64,000 nucleotides of DNA from positions 101,432,001-101,496,000 of the forward strand of contig NC_088798.1 in assembly GCF_011386835.1 (NCBI RefSeq), read 5' to 3'. The notes under the pieces were generated by a model. The model had not been told where the DNA came from. It saw nothing but the letters and a program-made list of their open reading frames with translations, and searched no databases. A program made the translations under genes and the position numbers. Every line of letters starts with the position of its first letter. The stretch's first letter is position 1. This DNA comes from Chrysemys picta bellii. Its lineage: Eukaryota. Positions 37,807 to 49,500 of the stretch are shown here, in pieces.

Positions 37807-37821
37807 TTGCCCTCTAGTGGT
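37807..37821 (-). promoter_or_regulatory. Candidate CTCF motif, reverse orientation
   Basis: Minus strand CCACTAGAGGGCAA matches the CTCF core consensus. Confidence 0.45.
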
Positions 37822-37907
37822 GGATGTATATTTTTACACTAATCCTGTTTTCCACTAGTTCACAAAGCCACACTTGTTTAAAAAAAAAATAATAATATTT
37901 TTCTAGT

Positions 37908-38069
37908 ATCGGGGGGGGTAGCCATGTTAGTCTGTATCCACAAAAACAACAAGGAGTCCGGTGGCACCTTAAAGACTGCATCTGAAGAAGTGAGGTTTTT
38001 TTACCCACGAAAGCTTATGCCCAAATAAATCTGTTAGTCTTTAAGGTGCCACCGGACTCATTTTTGAAC
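37908..38069. mobile_element. Mini fold-back Penelope with an intact hammerhead motif in the loop
   Basis: Perfect 24-bp arms 37954-37977 and 38036-38059, hammerhead 37978-38020 (+), TSD ATTTTTCTAGT. Confidence 0.9.
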
Positions 38070-38205
38070 ATTTTTCTAGTCTGGGGAACGCAGGAACATT
38101 CCTTTATTTTTAATTTTAAATGATCCGTGACTTATGCCGATCATTCCCCCTTACATTTAGGATTTAAAGATAAGTGGCCAAGATTACAACCTAGCTATGA
38201 ATTTT

Positions 38206-38356
38206 GGGTGAGGTAATAGCTTGTATTGGACCATCTTCTGTCAGTAAGAAAAACTTTGGAGCTACACAGATCTCTTCTTCAGGTTAGGAAATGTAATCAG
38301 CGTGACACAGCTAAATACAAAGTGGAACATATTGTTACGCATCAGGAGTTAACACA
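38206..38356 (-). mobile_element. Older Penelope pLTR/3'UTR fragment with a decayed hammerhead
   Basis: Minus strand CTGAAGAAGAGATCTGTGTAGCTCCAAAG (GAAA mutated). Confidence 0.6.
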
Positions 38357-38374
38357 TGTCCCAAGAGACCTATC

Positions 38375-39140
38375 CTAAGTGCAGGACACTGCACTTGAAT
38401 GAAGAATCCCATGCACTGCTACAGACTAGGGACCGAATGGCTAGGCAGCAGTTCTGCAGAAAAGGACCTGGGGTTACAGTGGACAAGAAGCTGGATACGA
38501 GTCGACAGTGTGCCCTTGTTGCCAAGAAGGCTAATGGCATTTTGGGCTGTATAAATAGGGGCATTGCCAGCAGATTGAGGGATGTGATCATTCCCCTCTG
38601 TTCGACAATGATGAAGTCTCATCTGGAATACAGTGTCCAGTTTTGGGCCCCACACTACAAGAAGGATGTGGAAAAACTGGAAAGAGTCCAGCAGAGGGCA
38701 ACAAAAATGATTAGGGGGCTGGAGCATGTGACTTATGAGGAGAGGCTGAGGGAACTGGGATTGTTTAGTCTGCAGAAGAGAAGAATGAGGGGGGGATTTG
38801 ATAGCTGCTTTCAACTACCTGAAAGGGGGTTCCAAAGAGGATGGATCTAGACTGTTCTCAGTGGTACCAGATGATCGAACAAGGAGTAATGGTCTCAAGT
38901 TGCAGTGGAGGAGGTTTAGGTTTGATATTAGGAAAATCTTTTTCACTAGGAGGGTGGTGAAGCACTGGAATGGGTTAACCTAGGGAGGTGGTGGAATCTC
39001 CTTCCTTAGAGGTTTTTACGGTCAGGCTTGACAAAGCCCTGGCTGGGATGATTTAGTTGGGGATTGGTCCTGCTTTGAGCAGGGGGTTGAACTAGATGAC
39101 CTCCTGAGGTACCTTCCTACCCTGATACTCTATGATTCTA
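38375..39140 (+). mobile_element. CR1 LINE, 5'-truncated
   Basis: VQFWAPHYKKDVEKLERVQQRATKMIRGLEH peptide; ends in tctatgattcta. Confidence 0.92.
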
Positions 39141-39245
39141 AGTGGACAGAATCACAGGACAAGTTGACAACACACACACACACACTACCAAGATATGTCA
39201 AAACCTGAACAAAGGTAAAAGATTTCTCTATCTGGCAGACAGAGA

Positions 39246-39513
39246 TAGGGGCCCAGGAGGCAGCAAACAGGAGCCCGGGAGGGGAAGTGCCCAGCCTGCG
39301 GCTGGGGTCCGGAGGCAAGGGGGCTGCCTGAAGCCCATAGCGCTCGGGCAGCTCGGCTCTTAAACAGAGCCAAAGAGTCAGGGGAGGAGCAGAGCAGCCG
39401 CAGGAGGGGAAGTGCCTGGCCGGCATTTTCCCGGACATGTTTGGCTTTTTGGCAATTCCCCCCGGACGAAAAGCCAGACATGTCCGGGAAAAAACGGACG
39501 TATGGTAACCCTA
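39246..39513. mobile_element. hAT-type MITE fragment (right TIR GGTAACCCTA)
   Basis: Clear right TIR with subterminal ggacatgtccggg repeats; left end uncertain. Confidence 0.5.
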
Positions 39514-39962
39514 GTTTGAACAGGAAACGTAGGCATGAGAATATTGTAGGGGCTTATACCCTTGTCACCTACAGTAGGAATCTTAACAGAATTCACAGCA
39601 CCACCTTATCCATGTAATCCAATATAAGGGGAATTAGTCATACTGTTGTATCAACCAGGCCAGGTACTAACAAACTTCAACAGGACTTTATTTTTACAAT
39701 GGAAACCTCTTTACCAAGCTGCTGCTGCACCTTCTGTAACTCTCACTCAGCCTTCTCAACTCCTCCCCCCTCCTTCCTGTTTCCTGTCCTTTCAGACTCC
39801 CAACAGCCAGTACTCCCAGTTCTAATAATCACAAGCAGCATCTACACACCACATATACCACACAGTTCATTCATTCTGCAGACTAGGTACCTAGTAAACT
39901 GACTCTCAAGAAGACCTGAGCTCACAAACCTGGCATGACTCAAAAGAGTTTCCTTCAATTAA

Positions 39963-40067
39963 GGGTCTGTCTACACAGCCCTACATGAGTTAGTGCACAG
40001 CAAGCTAGGGTGTGACCATTCAGCACACTAGTCTACCACACACTAACCCGCCACATAGACCAAGCCC
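39963..40067. mobile_element. Short PIF/Harbinger-type MITE
   Basis: GGGTCTGTCTACAC / CATAGACCAAGCCC ends; TAA and TTA flanks. Confidence 0.6.
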
Positions 40068-40862
40068 TTAGTCAGACTACGTCAATATTCCTTAAAACAG
40101 AGTGGTGAAGGCAATAGGACTGAATGTGTCAAACCCTGAAACCGCACATCACTTGAAGAGATGAGGATTGGCCTACAATAGTCTAGCGTTGTTGCCCAAC
40201 AAAGTTGGATGCTAATAAACGAGAAACATGTAAGGTAGTCACACAGATATGATTGGGACAGTAGGATAGGAAATTTCACATTCCTCTAGAACTCTACCCA
40301 ACCAGAAAGCAGTCAGTGAGGGTAGAGGTCTTACAAGTCACCATTGCTGACTAGAGTCCCAGTTAGAATAGCTTCCCAGCTACTCAGAAAGGCACACTAG
40401 CCTCCAGACAGTATTGACTTCCTGAGACCTGGTGAGAGCACCGCAGTAATCTCAGAACATGCATAAACCATCTGGCTGTGTTCCTTTTCGGAACACCACC
40501 TGAGGAACCACCAGTAGTGTCAATACATTGAGAGAACCCAGCCTTGGCACTCAGTGTTCTGAGGCAAGGGTACCTACTTGGCAAAGTGCCCACTTCTAAA
40601 ACTCAAATTTGATAATAGGTGTGCCTATGCTAGTCGTGCGTAATGATCGGAAGACCACCAAAGCAGGGACATCAGAGCAATTATGAGTCACAGCTGCCTC
40701 TTTGTACAGCACACAATGGGCAGGTTGTCCATGCCCAGATAGTCTAGGTTCAACCATTAACACAACTGATGTAACAAGAGGAAGTGATAAAGGGTCTAAC
40801 TCCCTCTACTGCCAGTGCGCTGGGGCCGAGAGACACTTTGCCAAAGCAAATATACACTAGAC

Positions 40863-41067
40863 CAGGGGTTCTCAAACTGGGGGTCGGGACCCCTTGGGGG
40901 TCACAAGGTTCTTACGGGGGGGGGGGGTCATGAGCTGTCAGCCTCCACCCCAAGCCCCGCTTTGCCTCCAGCATGTATAATGGTGTTATAAATTTAAAAT
41001 ACTCTATTTAAGGAGGGGTCACACTCAGAGGCTATGTGAAAGGGATACAAAAGTTTGAGAACCACTG
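40863..41067. mobile_element. hAT/Charlie-type MITE
   Basis: TIRs CAGGGGTTCTCAAAC / GTTTGAGAACCACTG; perfect 8-bp TSD CACTAGAC. Confidence 0.9.
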
Positions 41068-41264
41068 CACTAGACCCCACAATCTGCATGGCATCAAGGT
41101 TGGCGATTCTCTGTGCAGGCTCATGCACTTGCTAACATCAGAGAGCCGGAGGGCTGACTACCCATGACACTGCTGCGGTAGACAGATGTACTGAAACCCA
41201 ACACACCAGGGATGAAACACCTCTGCCTGGCGCTGTTGCAAGGAATCTCCTCCTGTGATGTGGT

Positions 41265-41395
41265 TATAGATTCACAGATTGCAAGGCTAAAAGGGATCGT
41301 TGTGATCTAGTCTCATCTCCTGCCTAACACAGGCCATAGGACTTCCCCGAACCAATTCTTGCTTGAACTAGAGCATATTTTTTTTAGAAAAAAAT
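41265..41395 (-). mobile_element. Old CR1 3' fragment
   Basis: atagattcacagattgcaaggctaaaagggatc...tagtctcatctcctg. Confidence 0.6.
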
Positions 41396-42072
41396 ATATA
41401 GTAAGATTGAGGTGTTCATCCGCTACCCTTCCATTCCATTCTAGCACTCCATAGTGCGGATACACCGAAAGTGGAGAACTACACCAGTGAGGAAGCATAG
41501 ACATGTTGGGGTGCTACTTTCCTGGAAATGATACCCTAAGTATGAGGCGCCTTTTCCTTAGCACCAAAGTGCCAAGAGTGGAGAACTAATGCACATGGGC
41601 ACCCCTTCTTCCATGGCACAAAAGGCAAGGAATCAATACAACAGTTCACCTCCCTCCAGAGTCACTGACTTTAGGGTAGAGTGGCCTGGGCTTCCCTATC
41701 TTGGCTCCAGGGTGCCCCCTTTTGAGGTGCTGCTGATTTGCAAGGGAAGAGTCAATTTACCAGGACAACCCTCTTCATAAGTGCTGATGCTCTTATGGGG
41801 GAAGGTATTGACATACTCACATGCCTCCCCTTCATAGCACTGATGAACCAAGGCAGAGGTGTGTGCTGTAGGGCACTGCTGAGCCCAGTGAGAGGTACCA
41901 GTTAAATATATTGAAGCAATAGCACTTACGCAAGGAGAAGGTGCTGGCCCCAACCTCCATGATTGTCACTCAAATGTTTTATAGACTCTGACCTTAATAC
42001 CCTCTCCTGGCATTCAGACAGACAAGGCATATAGCCCCCAATTCACTGTGATACTTAGGCACCTAAGGAGCA

Positions 42073-43178
42073 GTTACCTTGTGCAATAACTGAAGTTCTT
42101 TAAGACGTGTCCCCCTGTAGGTGATCCATGTCAGGTGTGCTCACACCCCTTGTGCTTTTAAATTGGAGACTTTTGGTAGCAGTGCCCATTCGGCCAGCAT
42201 GGGCACTACATTTCCTCAGGCCCCGCTCCTAGGCTATACAGGGCTAGGCAGATGAACCAACCTCAGTTCTCTCTCTAATGCAAAGTCCCCACAGGAAACT
42301 CCGAAGCAGGAGGAGGAGGAGGGTGGGTAATAGAACACCCACAGAGAGATGTATCTCAAAGAAGTCCAGTTACTGTCCAAGGTGAGTAACAGGTGGAACA
42401 CTTCTCTGGACACATCACAGGCTCAGTTTTTCCACTTGCAGAGTCAAGTGTATCTCATGAAATCTTTCTTACTGTTCAATAATATCTTTTGTACCTTCTG
42501 AGAACAAGTCGACTCTAGTCCCATGAGCCATCGAGGAGCCATGCTTTGAAATTAAGGCTCTTCAGGTTGGGATGAAGAGTACGGCTGTCATCCTGGGAAA
42601 GAAGATGAGGAATGGATGGGAAGTTGATCTCCTGACAGACAGCTAGATGAAACAGATAAGGATACCATATCTGTCTGGGCCACATTGGGACTATCAATAT
42701 AATTCTGGCTTTGTCGCACTTAATCTTGTTGATTACCTTCGGAATCAGGGGCATTGAGGTGAAATGCATATAGAAAGTCTCTTGTCCATGGAACAAGGAA
42801 GGCATCTCCCAAAGACAGAGGACCCTGGGGTAACAGTATCTAGCAGGGGAAGGTCTTCCTCCCCCCAGGGGAAAGGGATCGAGAGAAAGCCCACCCTACA
42901 TATTAAGTAAATAAAAACTTGAGAAACAATAAAAAGAAAGGCAGCTAGGCTAAGAGACTTCGAAAGTAAGGCACAAACATTGCGTCTCAGGCCCATGCTG
43001 TTGAGAAGGAGCAGAGGATGGTTCACCCACGCAGCCCTAAATAGGCTCAAAGCAGGGCATGAGGAAGCATAGGGAGCATGCACAAGCCCGAACAGGCACT
43101 ACTACCAAAAATTTCCAATTAAAGCCGCAAAGGGTGTTAGCGCACCAGAAGTGAAGTGCCCATTGGGACACCACTCAA
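42073..43178 (-). mobile_element. Internally deleted DIRS1-like retrotransposon
   Basis: ORF 42515-42805 gives LIPKVINKIKCDKARIILIVPMWPRQIWY...LHPNLKSLNFKAWLLDG, the DIRS pol C-terminal region as recalled. Inverted terminal repeats about 42100-42275 and 43010-43176; ICR-like segment 42337-42390. Confidence 0.72.
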
Positions 43179-43684
43179 ACAAGTCATCCAAGTTTTAGGC
43201 TCCACCACAAACGTCCAGCTGAACTCCATTGGTGCCTAAACTCACCAGGTCCCTAAGTTTCTGCCTCTGGGCATGCACCCTGCTGCCTCACTCTAGGCAT
43301 CCAGACACATATTCCACCTAAGCCCCAGACTGATCTACAAACCAGGGGAAGACTGGTGTTCATCTTCCTAAGGCATGTGAGGGGCCTAACCTAGTTGGCA
43401 AGTTTAGAGGCGGCCTTCAGGATCAGGTCCCATTCACAATTTCACCAGAGAAGGTGCTGGTGCCCACCTTATACCTTTTGGCCCAGTGATTAGAGCACTC
43501 CACTGGAATGTGGGAGACCCAGGTTCAGTTCCCCCTCTCCAAGAGAAAAGGATTTCTCCAGCAGCAGCGAGAACTAAACCTGGGTCTCTCACATCCAGGA
43601 TGAATGCTCTAACCACTGGGCTAAAAGGTATAAGGTGGGCACCAGCACCTTCTCTGGAGAAATTTTGAATGGGACCTGATCCCA

Positions 43685-44070
43685 AAGGTGGCCTCAACCA
43701 CGGGTATGTGTACCGCTGGGGGTATTCAGAGGTCTTCCAGCGGGTACATCAACTCATCTAGATATTTGCCTACTTATACAACAGGCTACATAAAAAGCAC
43801 TAGTGAAGTCAGTACAAATTAAAATTTCAAAGACAATGACTTGTTTATACTGCTCTATATACTACACACTGAAATGTAAGTACAATATGTATATTCCAAT
43901 ATAATTTTATAAAAAGTAAGCAAATTTTCAGTAATACTGTACTCTGACACTTATGTATTTTTATGTCTGATTTTGTAAGCAAGTAGTTTTTAAGTGAGGT
44001 GAAACTTGGGAGTATGCAAGACAGACTCCTGAAAGGGGTACAGTAGTCTGGAAAACTTGAGAGCCACTTC
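43685..44070. mobile_element. hAT-type MITE
   Basis: Ends gtggcctcaacc / ttgagagccac with an AT-rich interior. Confidence 0.55.
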
Positions 44071-44199
44071 TCTAATCAGTGGGCTAAAAGTTATAAGGTG
44101 GGCACAACCATCACCACGGCTGCCTCTTCTGGCCATTGTGTGGCAGGCACCTAACTTATTCCCACAAGAATCTACTTAGGTACCTAAGCCACCTGGGGC

Positions 44200-44683
44200 A
44201 ATAATTTTCGCAGGGGGAACACTCCACAAACTTTGCGAGGTGCAGGCTCTGGCCGGGAAGCGCTTACCACAGGCAGCTCCCAGCCAGTAGCGCAGCTGGG
44301 CTCAGGCAGGCTGCCTGCCATGGCCCCATGCCGCTCCGGCCAGCGACTGCTGGCATGTCTCTGCACGCCCTTTGGGGGGAAAGGGGGCAGCAGGTCTCTG
44401 TGTGCTGCCCGTGCCCGCAAGCACCGTCCTCGCAGCTCCCATCACCCAATTTCCAGCCAATGGGAACTGAGAGGATGGAGCTGAGGGCAGGGGAAGCGCA
44501 CAGAGCCACCTCCCCAAGCCAGGGGCGCACAGAGACATACCAGCAGCAGCCAGCTGCCTCTGGGAGCAGCGTGGGGCCACAGTAGGCAGGCAGCCTGAGC
44601 ACGCAGCCCCAAAAAGCCTGGCGGGCCAGACAAATGTTAGATGGGCCGGATCCAGCCCATGAGCCGTATTTTGCCCATCCCTG
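44200..44683. mobile_element. hAT-type GC-rich MITE
   Basis: Right TIR ttttgcccatccctg; ccaatgggaactg-type interior. Confidence 0.55.
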
Positions 44684-46002
44684 CTCCAAGCAATGGGTTC
44701 CCATTCATGGATTGCCAGCAGAGATAAGTGCCTCCCTACGGGCCACACTTAAGTCCTGTCCAGTTCACAGAAATAGGCATCTAAGAAACACCCGTCATGA
44801 GCATTTCCCATTGGCTAGCCTACCAGCTCTAATGGATCGTATTCTTAGGTACCTCTCTACCCCCATTCACTGTATAAGGAGCTTAGGTGCCTAACCCACA
44901 CTTTGGGGATCACAATATTGTTTCTGTGATTTTACAGGTGCCGAAGTTAGGTGCTATGACACTGAACATCCGAACATGTAGGTCCCTTTATGGATCCCGG
45001 CCATAGCCTACAGAATCTTCCGCTAACTTGAGTTACAACTCCAGAACTTTAGAGCCATTAAGCTTCAAGAATCTAGTGACAGATGGGCCCTGGATCAAGG
45101 AATCTTCCCTCCAAAAGCACCCAAATGGATACCTCATCAATTAAGTGGTAAGAGAGCATCCTGAAACAGATGAAAACCAGGGGGGGAGGGGGAGAGAGAA
45201 GAGAGAGAAACAGGAACATGATTAAAAAATAAGCGACAGACACCAAACCAGGTAGTTAAATACATTTTAAAAAAATCAGGCCTTAAGTGCCTAAAGATTC
45301 AGATGGGAGCCTGGTTGGATTTTCAGAAATGCTTAAGAACCCTAGGTACTTTTGAAAATCTCACTAGGCATCTATTAGCATTTTTAGGCACCTAAATACC
45401 TTTAAACATCTTCATTAGACTGAAGAAACAACTGCCCTCAGCCATGAAACGTGCTTCAAGAACAAATTGTCTTTGCCAATCACACATAGGAAACACTTCA
45501 GGGACAAAGCAATTCACAAACCAGTAACTGATTCTCCCCATTCTAGTACTTAACACAGATCCAAGGAACACTGCAACGCTTCAAAAGAATTCAGAGCTCA
45601 GACCTGAGACTGGAGCTCTGTACCAATTCAAAACCAGACGTAATTGGAATGACTGAAGGAGAAACCAATAAAAGACGCAGCAGAAGAGTTATATGAAATA
45701 AAGGCAGAATTTTTTTAAAAAAAGCCAGAGGAGCAGCAGATTAAGTTTGGTGCTCGGCTCCAGGAGGCAGCTTCCTTGCTATCTGTGGTCAGAAAGGGAC
45801 AGAGTTCCAGGGTTAGACTGAGGCAGCTGCCACACAGGTATCTGGAATAGAACATGGAAGAGGTGGCTCATCTTGGCAGCCATAGCCAGAGAGGACCAAA
45901 AAATCAAACAGCTAGGGGAGTATGAACTGGTCTCACAATGGAGGTTGGAGACACAAGTAAAGAGAAACTGTCATTTTTCACTTTGCTTACCATGCATATT
46001 TG

Positions 46003-46473
46003 TAGGGCCCGTCCAAATTGATGGTCCATTTTGGGCACAGGATTTTAAGATGTAAATTTCATGATTTCAGATATTTAAATCTGAAATGTCAGTGTTGTAA
46101 GTGTATGGGTCCTGACCCAACTCTGAAGACAGCAGTGCAGAAGGGTGACATGGTATGGTATTGCCACTCTTACTTCTGTATTGCTGCTGGTGGGATGCTG
46201 CCTTCAGAGGTGGGTGCCCAGCCACCAGCCGCCATTCTCCGGCCTCCCAGCTCTGAAGGCAGTGCAGGAGTAAGGGTGGCAATACTGCAACCCCACTACA
46301 ATAATTTTGAGAACCCTCCCTCCCCGCATTGATCCTCTTTTTGGTGGGGACCCCCAATTTGAGAAACGCTGGTCTCCTCTGTTAATCTGTATAGTATAAA
46401 GTAAAGTACACGAAAGACCAGATTTCACAGTCCTGGATGCATTTTTCACAGCTGTGAATTTGGTAGGGACCTA
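46003..46473. mobile_element. hAT-type MITE
   Basis: TIRs TAGGGCCCGTCCAAATT / AATTTGGTAGGGACCTA; perfect 8-bp TSD CATATTTG. Confidence 0.85.
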
Positions 46474-47054
46474 CATATTTGACAGCGCTGTGTATAGATT
46501 TGCTACTTTCCCCTGGTCCCACAGGTCTTTCCCATAGCAACAGGAAAAGAATCTTTTTTAAAAAACAGGAAAATATTGTAAAACTGCAAAACTGGCAGGT
46601 ATAATACCTGAATATTTTAAAATCACTTTTGCAGTGGACTAGATTTTTAATTGACTACACCCCTTTAAGATATGGGCTTAAAAAACCATTTCATTTCCAT
46701 TTTTGAAATAGTGTTCTGATATTACTACACATACTTTTTTTAAAAAGAGTTCAGACTTTAATCTCTAGTGAGAACAGGGCATCTTGGGATGAGAATATTT
46801 GCCTTTTGAGAATATTTTGCCTTTTCCCCTTCCTTTTAAATTAACAATTAAACTGCTAAAGCTTTTTATGGGCGGCAGCACCTCTGCTTGTCAGGAGAAT
46901 TCCTATAATGTTCATTAGCCACTCATACGTTCAATGGTTGTGACTAACTGTGCATCTTATATTTGCAGAGCTTTGATCATTTTCACAATTGCTACATATA
47001 GTCAGAATTCCAGAGGTAACAGCTGGAAGCTTCAAAACAGATGGTATTAGTCAA

Positions 47055-47130
47055 AACCAGGCTTGATATCTAGGTTTTCAAAGCTAAGGAGCTTTGGGCT
47101 TGGTTACTTGGATGGCTGACAATCAGAGGA
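47055..47130 (+). mobile_element. Possible 5S-derived SINE head (AmnSINE1-like)
   Basis: tcaaagctaaggagctttgggcttggttacttggatgg resembles the 5S internal control region; heavily decayed. Confidence 0.3.
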
Positions 47131-49278
47131 TAGATCTAGTGTTCTACAGTTGATGTGTCCCTGTGGCAGGCAGCAGTAACCGATTTAAAAATTTTATTAA
47201 GATGATGTTAAAAAAAATAGTGAACAGAGTTTGAGCATAGAAGTTTCTGGTTATCAGGGAATAACATACAGATTATCGAGGGTGCAAAGTTTGGTTTAAG
47301 ATAAGGTGGCATGAGGAATACATAATCTGCAATATCCCCGATTGGGGGTAAAAGATTGCCTACACCACACTTAGCACAAAATTCCAACTTATGCTACCAT
47401 CAGGTCAACTGCAGCAGGGTAGCACTAATGCAAAACACCAGGTGCTGCCAGAGCTGTGTCCAGTATAGTTCTTAACTAGTGGTAGCACCTATGGGAATCC
47501 TGCCCTACCCCACCCCTCCCAAAAAAATCTCTTACAGTAGGTACAACCTAAAGGTCTGTGATGTTTAGTCTTTGTACCTAAGCAGGATTCAGGCTGGAAA
47601 TTAGATCAAGGAAAAAAAGGAATCAGGAATGGCTGTCACTTCTGACCAGATTGCAGCTATTATTCAACCTCTTGCAGTATTTGCTCCTGCAGTACCCCCA
47701 CTGCACTCCTCTCTCCCTCCCTCCATGAGCTAGTTTGGACATTTTGAGAGAGAGATTAAACAGCTGTTAGGATTTGAACTGATCTCTGCCAGTTGTACAG
47801 AGTGATTGTAGCTTTCCTCCCGTTTTTATCAATTAAGGAAATTCCCCAAAGAATTCTTGGAGCACAGAAAGTAGAAAATTAGGAGTGGGGTTGTCAAAGG
47901 AACCTCAGAGATGGGTACCCAATTCCCTTGGCTTCTTTAAAAATGCCAGCCTAGAACACACAAAAGTGCCAGAAAATTCTCAACAAAGAACACACTTTGC
48001 TACAGCCTCTCATTTCCTCACATAAATATACACCAATGCCAAAAAGGGGGTAGGAGGCAATTAGTAGTAGCCTTTACATAACACTATTGTAATCAATATA
48101 TGCACATCTTACAGGTAAGCACATATTTTTCTGAGTATTTTAAAGAGTAATTAATAAATGCTGTAAAAATATAAAACTCACAAATGGTCATTAGGTGGGC
48201 TTTTAACTCCATTGTGTATCATATTGCATTTTAAAGCAAGTATGAAGATGTAAATCCACTTTTATTCATTTTAAACAAAATGTACAAGCAGGCACTTCCT
48301 CTTAAGTTAAATATTTAAGAGTTATACATCAGTTAATAGAAGGAACCATGAAGGAAGGTCAGTTAACCCATGTCACTTTGTAAACTCTAGTTGTAGTTAG
48401 GGAAAGAAACTTCAGGTTTTGGGGGTAAATTTTCAGCCAAAGAGTATGTTGACCCAGGGAACGTATTTATATAATAAACACAAAATTTCACTTAATTCTT
48501 CATTTATCTTTCACCAAGATTAATTTTTCATATTTAAGAAAATCTTCATTCCTTAAGGTTCCATAGCAAATTATACCACATGAAATCCATTCACAGATTA
48601 AGTGATAAACTTCTGTTAAAAACAGAATGGACACTGACTTGAGAAAACTCTAATGGGTACCAGCTCACCCATAAGTGAAGCAAATGTGTTTGACCAGATT
48701 GCCATAGTGAACACCTGTTTCTTTCCACCAAAATACTTGGTATATTCTTTCCACCATGCACACAATAGAGCACCATAATTTCATAGTGTCCTTTGAGGTG
48801 TATTATTTTTTAGAAACCAGAAAAGTTTAAAGCAACAAGAATAGGTTTTCCAAGCTGCAATTAATTATTTAAGAACAAGATCTCCCTGAGTTTCTAGACT
48901 TCAAGGGGAGTTAGGATCCTCAGTACACCCAGTATCAGGCCCTTATGCAGGAACGGAAATGCAACTACAGTGTGATAATAGTACCAATAGATTGATCATC
49001 CCGGTCTTTGCAACTATCAGTGCACTTATCTAAGGCTACACTAAAGAAATGTACTATTCTAAGACCTAATAATTATAAGAACAGCTTGCATCCACACACA
49101 CTGGTGCTCCAATTCAGGGGTGGGGATGAAGGTAAATACCATTTGGAATGGACTGTTTCAAGAGGATTAAATATCATTTCAGCACCAGTGCAGGCACAGA
49201 CTAGCTGAAACAGTTCAACTAGTCATCTTACTATTGTTCCACAGTGCATATTTGTGGCCTTTGACACTTCCCAGAATA

Positions 49279-49500
49279 CAACAGAAGGTCCCGTGGCACC
49301 TTTGAGACTAACAGAAGTATAGGGAGCATAAGCTTTCGTGGGTAAGAACCTCACTTCTTCAGATGCAAGTCTTGCATCTGAAGAAGTGAGGTTCTTACCC
49401 ACGAAAGCTTATGCTCCCTATACTTCTGTTAGTCTCAAAGGTGCCACAGGACCTTCTGTTGCTTTTCACAGATTCAGACTAACACGGCTACCCCTCTGAT
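49279..49500. mobile_element. Near-perfect palindromic Penelope pLTR with a hammerhead motif on each strand
   Basis: 91-bp arms 49279-49369 and 49371-49461 (1 mismatch, 1-nt centre). Hammerheads 49326-49366 (-) and 49374-49414 (+). 13-bp TSD ACTTCCCAGAATA. Confidence 0.95.

Larger units (their letters stand above)
43180..45000. mobile_element. Large turtle palindromic MITE-like element, interrupted by two hAT MITEs
   Basis: Recurrent aggcacctaa/ttaggtgcct motifs, a central palindrome at 43420-43682 and insertions near 43685-44070 and 44200-44683. Boundaries approximate. Confidence 0.5.

Noticed and set aside
40380-42070. GC-balanced stretch resembling a degraded retroelement interior
   Set aside because: No RT, RNase H, recombinase or gag motif could be read, so it is left unclassified.
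9957-49500. Recurring near-identical ~100-bp repeats that could suggest a CRISPR-like array
   Set aside because: They are dispersed Penelope pLTRs with TSDs in eukaryotic DNA, with no regular repeat-spacer period.
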